A stretch of 64,000 nucleotides of DNA from contig NW_024704742.1 in assembly GCF_018977255.1 (NCBI RefSeq), positions 104,844,001 to 104,908,000 of the forward strand, in the 5' to 3' direction. The DNA is from Callorhinchus milii (lineage: Eukaryota). How positions within the stretch are numbered: the stretch's first letter is position 1; each line of letters opens with the position of its first letter. The notes below the pieces were generated by a model. It was not told the DNA's origin and ran no database searches. It was given only the letters and a program-made list of their open reading frames with translations. Shown here in pieces: positions 51,701 to 60,700 of this stretch. The position numbers were made by a program, and so were the translations under genes.

Positions 51701-54700
51701 GCGGTTGGGGCGGGGGATGTGTAGCAGACTGGAGCCAGAGGAACGGAGGGTACGGGCAGGTAAGTAGGGGGATAGTAGGTCGGAGAGGTAGGAGGGAGGA
51801 AGGCCGTGAATGGCCTTGTTGGTGAAGATGAGGATCTTGAATTCGAAGGATTAAGATCAGGTCTCTCATGGTTTGCTGACACGGGATTGTTCATGGGCTG
51901 TCCGAAGTTAAGCACCAACACACCCTTCAAGCTTTGCTCATGTGCCAATGGCTACTGAATGTGAACCCTCCCTACAAATATAAAAGCATCAGTAATAGAG
52001 AGGTAACTACAGTGGCCCAGAATAAAGTTTTACAGCCCTTAAGTTGGATGAAAAATAATTGGCTGAATTAAAAATTGGCTGAACAGTGTAAGTTGATATT
52101 TGAACATGGTGAAGAGGTGGTTTTGTTGAAGTCAGATGTTATATTTCATCCTTTGCAGTGACAAACAGCTAAATCAAACACGGCTACATTTCCAGTTTGC
52201 CAACATAAATGTTGTACAATATTAGTGAACAAAGGAGTGAGACCTAGTGGCTATCAGCGCTATGTGAAGATTGATGAAAAAAAGGGAATTTTATAGTGCT
52301 AAAAAGCCAAAGAAACAGTAATTGTATTGTTTTACCTGAATAAAACCTTTAGTTCCCGAAAACCAAGCTTTCATATTTGAATTTTCAATAATCAAATCAT
52401 CAGTAGAGCTTTTGAGTACATTGAGTATGAAGGCACTGTCTGTGCTGACTGTCACGTCTTCTCTTCCATTCAAGCACACTGTGTAATCTGCAAGCACCGT
52501 TTTTATATCTTGTGCTTCCACAAGTTGGTATAGCCCCAAACCCAGGGCTGGCACCTGTGCCAGGAAGGAAACCTGAAAGAAAAAGAAATTAGCAAAGTAA
52601 ATAACGAAGAGTAGACAATTATCTTTGCTTCATGCAACAAATCTGCAAAAATGATCAGATTTTAACATGCACATATATAGTATACTAATCATAACACTTG
52701 GTCACCAAAGATCTCTTCCATGTACCTTATCATTAGAACAACTGTATACTATATCAATGTAAAACTGTTTTGGAGGGAATGTTATCCCATATCAACAGAG
52801 CCATCAGCCACTCGTGCAGCTCAAGAGTGCCAACTGCGTGAATGTTGTACCACATACCCTTACTTGGTAATAACAGAAATCATATCAGATTATTACTAAA
52901 ATGATGCTGTAGATTTAGGATTTAAAAAGTTGACCGTACCTGGAATGCGTCTTTAGAAACTGTGGTGGGTGTGTCCCAAACTGCGCTAACCTGGGATGTC
53001 ACGTGTTGCCCTGAAGCAGTTTGCACCCTTACTTTATATGAATTTACATACACTGTTACAACAGAGGTGCGGTCCTGGTCTGTGGGGTTATACATCACAA
53101 GAAACCTGAAACAGAAATATTGCCACTATACCTCAAATACTATTACGCCACTGAAATACAGTTTCAGAAGCTGGTTACAGGTTACAAGGGATGCAATTTT
53201 TCCACATAAACAACTGTCAGCCCCAGTAAATTCCATCCCTGGTAGCCTCACGTGCATGTACTCAACGGGATTTTTTCTTTGCTGATAGTGCAAAGTATTT
53301 ATTTTTGAAACAATGTAGTTAGTCAGAGAAAGACAGAGTAAGAGACTCAGGTAGGAATAGACACAGAGAGAAATAGACTCAGAGAGTGAGAGAGAATGAC
53401 TTGGAGAGAAAGGCAGAGTTAGGAGAGAAAGAAAGAGGATTTTTTTGGTCAGGCAGGTGTCTGACACATGTGGAAACCCATCATCGAGCTGAATAGTACC
53501 TAAACCAAACCTATTTAAGAGTTCCACATATGTAAGGAATGGAGTGAGTATTGAGAGTCAAACAACACTCTGCAATTTCACACTGGCCCCATGAGCTGGA
53601 GAGAGCAGCAGGGGAGTGAGCCAAGCAGAATGGCTCTGGGTTTGTTGATGTTATAATATGTCAATTAGCGACCACTTGATAAAATATACAGTAAAACTGT
53701 CTGAACGAGAATGAAAATTATCTAAACATAACTGGAACTGCACTAGCACACTACTGTGGGATGCTACAACTAGCAACTTAGCTGGTAACTTCCCTACACT
53801 TAGCCACGAGACACAAATGAGTTCACAAGAGAAGCTTAAGTGAACGCCCTTTAAACTCAATTCTTCTGGAAAATCAACCAGGCTTTCTATTACAGCATCA
53901 ACATTTTTTGTAAATTTGTCCAATGTCCTGGCCTCAACCAGCTTCCCTGGTAACCCACTGCAGCTATTATGTTCTGATAAATTTCTTTGTGTCTGTTCTA
54001 AAATTGCCCTCTAAAATAGACTCTGAACCAGTGCCCTCATGTCCTGCTGCATATCTGAACGTATTATTCTGTGTTTATTTTCCTTATCCTATCTTATACA
54101 CTTCCAGAAGGTTCCCTCTGAGATATCTCTTTTCAAAATTAAATTACTGAGAATTGAAACTTATGGTCTGGTTGAAATTCAAATATAGCTATTTATAACT
54201 TATTTCTGCAGCCATTGAAGAACATTTTTTAAAAAAAATTGAAGCTGTGTTATATACCGAGGCAGTGAGTTCAATCCGATGATTGTCTTTTTTGGTAAAG
54301 CATCCTGGGTATCTTGGTTATCATCCTAAAAGAAACAGAATATTTATTTTTGTTAGACATACCTATTTCAAATAATCCCATCTTAAATTTGCCCTTCATC
54401 TCCAAAGTCCTGGAATGCATTGCTGCCAACCAACTTCACTCATACCTTTGCCTCCACTCCTATTCAAGCCCCTCCAGACCGGTCTCTGCCCTGCCCACAG
54501 CATTGAGACAGAGGTCTTCAAAGCCCTCTGCCTCTGTCCTCCTGGACCTCTCTGCTACCTTTGACATAGTCAATCATGCCAACCTCTTCGACTGCCTCGC
54601 CTCCCTTATCCATCTCAATGGGATGTCTCAGGCGGCTTACCCCTTATGTACCCATATGACACCCAAATCTACTTTTCCTCCTAATTAATTTGGCACAGTA

Positions 54701-57700
54701 GCATCCCATAAAGAACCATGAAGTGAATGACCAATTTTATTTGCGGGATTGTTGGCCAGACAACAAGAGAAACTCCATTCACTTTTCAAATAATACTATG
54801 GGGTCTTTAACATCCACCTGAACAAGCAGACCCCCCCTTAAGTTTAATGTCGCATCTAAAGGCCGTCATCTCCAACAATGCAGCAGCACCTCCAACAAAG
54901 CAGCACACCTCACTACTCTATTGGAGTATCAGGCTAGACTATATGAGTTTCATGTCCCAAGTAGAGCTTGAAACTACACCCTTCTTACTCAGAGGCAAGA
55001 GTGCTACCAACTGAGCCAGCCTCACACACCTTGTGGGCATGAAGCCATATTCTATTAAAATGAGTAAAACACATTCAGAACCAAAAAAGAAAAATCCCAG
55101 AGGGATGCAACAGGGATGGATATCATTCAAGAACACAGCTATAGATCACAAGCCAACAATGGAAGACATTCCTGCCAGGTTCTAGCAAGAAAACTCAACA
55201 AAATTCTTGCTTTGAGAATGGAAGCACATTTTGGAAAAAAAATGATCAGATTTCTTTGTTCCCAAAGTAGATAGATACCTATTACAAGATTATTGAGGGT
55301 TTTACTGTGTAAGTAAAAGTGCGAAATACATACAAAAAGAAACAGATACACAAATCCTCAACCACTCCAACCACGCCTACAGTCACTTCTCCCTTTCTTG
55401 GTATCCAATCCGGTCACTGTACAGAGCTCTGAGATGCTATCCTGTGTGAAGATCACTATATAAATCCAAGTCGCTGTTCCCACAGCATCTGCATCCTTAA
55501 CTTGCTATGAAACACCAGAAATTGTATCTGAACACACAAATATTTTCCTATTGTTTCTGCCTACCAGAGCTAAATTTTCTTCTCAAAAAGTGCGACACAT
55601 ATTTGTGTAAAATATTGACATCGGAAAGGTTGACAATGCAAGTATTTCCACAACTTGAGTTGACATCCTTGCATTGGTTGTAATGCAACGAAGAGCCAGC
55701 CTTTGCAGGCTACTGAAAGATCACTGCTTTGAATATCCATAACTCCAGCACATTGGACAGTCAGACTTACTTCCTCAGCTGTATGAGAATCTCCTGTCAT
55801 TTACCTGCTCCATGGATAGCTTCAAATCTGGTATATGTGATGACAGTGAGTTAAGATACTGACTCTTCTATGTCAAGAAGGATAATATTGATTCCTGTCA
55901 CTTATGCTAACCTTCCATACCAATACTAATCCAACTATCAAGCTGGAATCTGCAAATGATGACAAGAATGCTGAGATCCTACGTCATGTTGGTTATGACA
56001 AGCATAGAACCAGCTATATTGGAGAAAGCCTTGCAATTGTCTATGAATGAGGCACTAATGCCCGAGGTTCTCCTGAAATGATTGTGATATAGGTTTACCA
56101 GAATATCTACAGGGGTAATTCCATTTGATGAACTGTTAGCAACGAATCCCATGAAAGCCACTGAATAAATCATGCTCAGCAGTGCAATCCAAAAGCAAAT
56201 CATGCAGGAAGTCAGCTGTTGAGACCACCCTAAGAAACTGATTTGATCAGCACACTAGTTTGTACGGCTGCAATATAAATGTAGCTGATGTAAACTGCTC
56301 AGATAGAGTGTCTCAAAGGTTCGTAGGTGTCTTATTAATAGACTTTTTAAAAATTTGATTAAAGATCTATTTTGCATGCACAGAGCATTTCCTGGTCCCC
56401 AGACAGTGTCATGAGGTATAGGAAGTATAAATCCAGCTCCCTCCTCCCAATTGCTTTTCTGCTGAAAGGGTTCTAACTTAGCTTGCAGTGGCATAGAATC
56501 ATAGAATCATAGAATCGTACAGCATAAAAAGAGGCCATTCGGCCAAGCGAGTTTGTGCTGGCTCTTTGAATAGAGCAATTAATGTCAATCCCACTCCCCA
56601 GCCCTTTCTCCTGCAAACCCGTCCTCCTCAAATACCCGTCCACCACATTTTTAAAAGTAGTTATTGAATCGGCCTCAACCACCCTTTCAGATTCCAGATT
56701 CGAACAACTCGCTGCATGAAAAATACTGCATAAATACTGGTGTTTCAGATACCAAGCTGTCCTTGCTTTGCTAATGGTTTGAACTATGCCTAGCTGTACA
56801 AGTTACAAACCTGCAGTAATCATTCAAAAGACGATGACTTTCATGATTTTGGCTGCACTTTCAGTCAACTTTCCCCTCCTCGCCCGCAGCCCTCCACCCC
56901 ACCACCCCTCCCTTGGTTCCGATTCCTGTGAGCACTGTCAAGCACCACTGGACTTCTTCCCAATGTGAAAGACGCTATGTAAACGTACATTTATATTCTA
57001 TGAATTAACTGATACTAACATACTTGATAATGACACTTCAGTGAACCAATTTTCAAACACTGACTACCTAAACTGTTGTGAAGATTTGTTTGCAATGATT
57101 GATAAGTTGATAAGTGCTGCTAAATTTATTCTTGCAGTTAAATAGATAAGCAAAAATAGTGGATTACAAACCACAAAAACAAAGGACAAAACTGAACTTG
57201 TGGATTCGCATGTGTTGGTCTTTCATTCATTTTCCAAGTTTGAACAATGAGTGAAACCTATCTATTATGAACCCGATCAAAGATTATGTAAGATACACTA
57301 CACTTGAGTATACCATGAGGATACATGCCCTTTATTAAGTAATATTTTTCCAGAAAGCTACCATTGCTTGATGATCATATAGAAACAGAATAAGGCATAT
57401 TGTTTCTAAAAATGTGTGAAAAATACCCACTTATATGGCACATTTAATTTTCTGTGCCAATACTACAAGCATTCACTTAGAAAATACACATCTAATTAAT
57501 GTTATTGTTTTGGAATCTGCTACAATGTAAAATCTCTTACCATCTGAAGAAAGGGAGTTGAAGAGGTGTGCTTGTAATTTTCCTTGTCTTTTAAAATGAG
57601 AAAATGAGCTGCATCTATTATCACCCTCTTCAAGTTCATTATGGAGTGAAAGAGTCTACAAAGAAACAAAATTAAGAGTACTTCAATTAAGCGTGCAAGG

Positions 57701-60700
57701 ATTATTATTAAGAATACTTTTTTTTAAAAAAGGCAAAGTACTGCAGATGCTGAAAATCTGGTATAAACACAGAAGTCGCTGGGAACACACAGCAGGTCAG
57801 GCAGCATCCATGGAGAACAAATCCCCCCCATCATCAAAGAAATTTAGATCAAAGGGTATTTTCTCTGATAAAGGTTAAAATATACTGATAGCAAGATAAT
57901 GAAGCATATCTGTTTCACAGTTTAGAATTTAAATACTTCTAACAAGATCACATTCCAATGTCCAGTATAAATTATTGCTTTGGGGTCCACATTCAGACAT
58001 TACTATCCCATTAATGTCAAGCAGGTTTACCTTGGCAGTAAGGATAATATCATTACAGCCAATATTCCAATGCAGCATTAACACCGAGGTAATTGTCATT
58101 ATAATTAGATGAAAAACGTAAATTTAGTCAACTAATTGATGGAATATTACATTTACTTAAGCAATTTTCCAACAGCGCAAACCACTAATGCCACCAGAAG
58201 TTTTAGTTATAATTAGACCAGGTAACTTTAGATTTCCACTCAAATTGTGCTGCATAGTGGGGTTGTTGAAATTCCTTCATATTGAACGGCAACAATAATT
58301 TATACAGGGTGACCAAAATGTTGTGATAACTACCCTATTGTCTAAAAACAAAAATATCATAATTTCTTTCAGACATTGTTATGGTACCATGACTTTTTGG
58401 TCACCCTGTACTTATCTAGCATCTTTCACATTGGGAGAGTGCCTCAAAGCACCTTACAAAGACTGACCAGGAGCCCAAGCTGGAAGTGAGATGAAGGTTG
58501 GGGGTCGAAAGTGAATTCAGAGGTAAGTCTTCAGGTGGGATTTCAAAGCAGAGAGGGAAGGGGCAAGATGGAGGGATTCAGAAGAGGTCCAGAGGAAGAG
58601 CAAAATTGCTGAGAGCTCATGATTGTGTGCTGGGACATGAAGCAGGCTGGAGTTTGTAGTGCAGACGAAATGGCTTGGGAAGCAGGATCGCGGGGGATAA
58701 AAGAGATAGGGTGGTGCAAGGCCAGCTGCTTTGGAGTTCAGGAAGTGGCAGAGGCAGGAGATCTTGTGGAGAGATATAATCAGACCCTAGAGGAGGTGTG
58801 CTCGAGAGAATGTAACAGAGAGTGCCAGGGTCTTAGGCAACAGCATCTTTTGTGGGATGAGTAGTAAGCGAAAAAGGAGCCCATGGTGAGACAGATGGTA
58901 GCCTTCTCAAGATTGTACTGGCCAACCACTAACTGGGAATTCCAGTGTGGGGACCATCTTGGTTACAGTCGAGATTTACTCTCTTTATTCGGGTGACCAT
59001 ATGTCCCCAGATAAGAAATTGTGTCCTTGGCCAAATTTGTCCTGTCTGTCTTGAGTTCAGTAACAAACTGAGCAAGAACGATAAAATTCTACAACAGATA
59101 CATTCAGCATAGAAATACAGCCATTCATTTATCCAACAAGTGTTTCCAGTACTGCCAGCATCAGGAACTGTGGTGAATTAAAAAAAATGTTTGTTTCCCA
59201 GATTTGGTTTCACCAGCACCGCTTTCTTCCACCTCCAATGCATCGTCCATCTCCACCAATACCTCTCTACAAAAGCCGCTGAAATCCTGGTCCATGCCTT
59301 TGTCACGTTTCGGCTGGACTATTAAAACGTCCTCCTCGCGTTTGTGAAAGTCACAAATTAAATCCTCTGTATCTGTGACCAGGGCTCCCTCTGCCTCCTT
59401 GTCCTCCTGGACCTCTCCGCCGCGTTCGGCACAGTCAATCACGCCATCCTCCTCCACCACCTTTCCTCCGTCATCCACTTCAGTGGGACCGCACTCGCCT
59501 GGTTCGAGTCCTACCTCACAAATCGTCAGCAGTACATCTGCACAAGCGGCTTCTCCTCCCACTCTCACCCGGTTACCTGCGGGGTACCCCAAGGATCCAT
59601 CCGTGGCCCCCTCCTCTTTCTGATCTACATGCTCCATCTTGGGGATGTCATCCGCAGACATGGGGTACATTTCCACATGCATGCGGATGACACCCAACTC
59701 TATTTTGTCACCTCTCTTTGGGACCCCCAGTCCCCTGATGTTCTGTTAGCCTGCCTGTCGGACCTCAGGAGCTGGATGAGCGCAAATTTCCTTCAGCTGA
59801 ACTTGACAAGATGGAAGCCATACTCTTTGGCTCTCGTCAACGTCTAAAATCTCACGGTTCTCACCTCCTCCACCTACCAGACCTCTCCTTAAAACTCTCC
59901 GAAACCGTACGCAACTTAGCGTCAGGTTCGACCCCCAATTATCATTCCTTCCCCCACATCCAGTTCCTCACCAGCACCGCTTTCTTCCACCTCCGACGTA
60001 TTGCGTGTCTCTGCCAATACCTCTTCGAAAGCCACTGAAACCCTGGTCCATGCCATTGTCACCTCTCGGCTGGACTATCCAAACGCCCTCCTCACCGGCC
60101 TCCCCTCCACTACCATCCATAAAATCCAGATTATTCAAAACTCTGCCGCCCGCATTCTCACCCGCACCAAACTCACTCCCCGATCACCCCAGTCCTTGCC
60201 AACCTGCACTGGCTGTCTGTCCCAGAGAGGATCGACTTCAAGATCCTCACCAGTGTCTTCAAATCCCTCCACTCCTCTGCACCCCCCTACCTCTCTGACC
60301 TCCTCTCTCCTCAAAACATTGCCCATTGCCTTCGTTCCTCCGAGTCTGGCCTCCTCCTTGTCCCCCGAGTCCTCCACTCCACCCTCGGCAGCCGTGCCTT
60401 CAGCCACTGTGCCCCGAGGCTCTGGAACTCCCTTCCTCACTCCCTTCGTTTATCCCCCTCTCTTCCTATTTTCAGGTCTCTGCTGAAGATCTTTCTCTTC
60501 AACCGTGCCTTTGGTCACCTTCCTCCCCTTCCCCCTGGCTCGGCCCCGGGATCCATTACTGTGAAGCGCTCTGAGACGCCGTCTGGCATGGAGGGTGCTA
60601 TATAAATCCAAGTTGTTGTTGGTTTACAAAATATGGTCACCCTATATACAGACTTGCTGCTTCACATAAAATGATGAAAGAGAGCTTTGTTATTAGATTG

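Noticed and set aside
55500..56490. Ngaro/Crypton-type tyrosine recombinase relic ([13 protein letters not shown] resembles CPVxxLxxYLxxRP)
   Set aside because: Only one weak motif; I could not find ordered catalytic R/HxxR/Y motifs. A frameshift-aware search would settle it.
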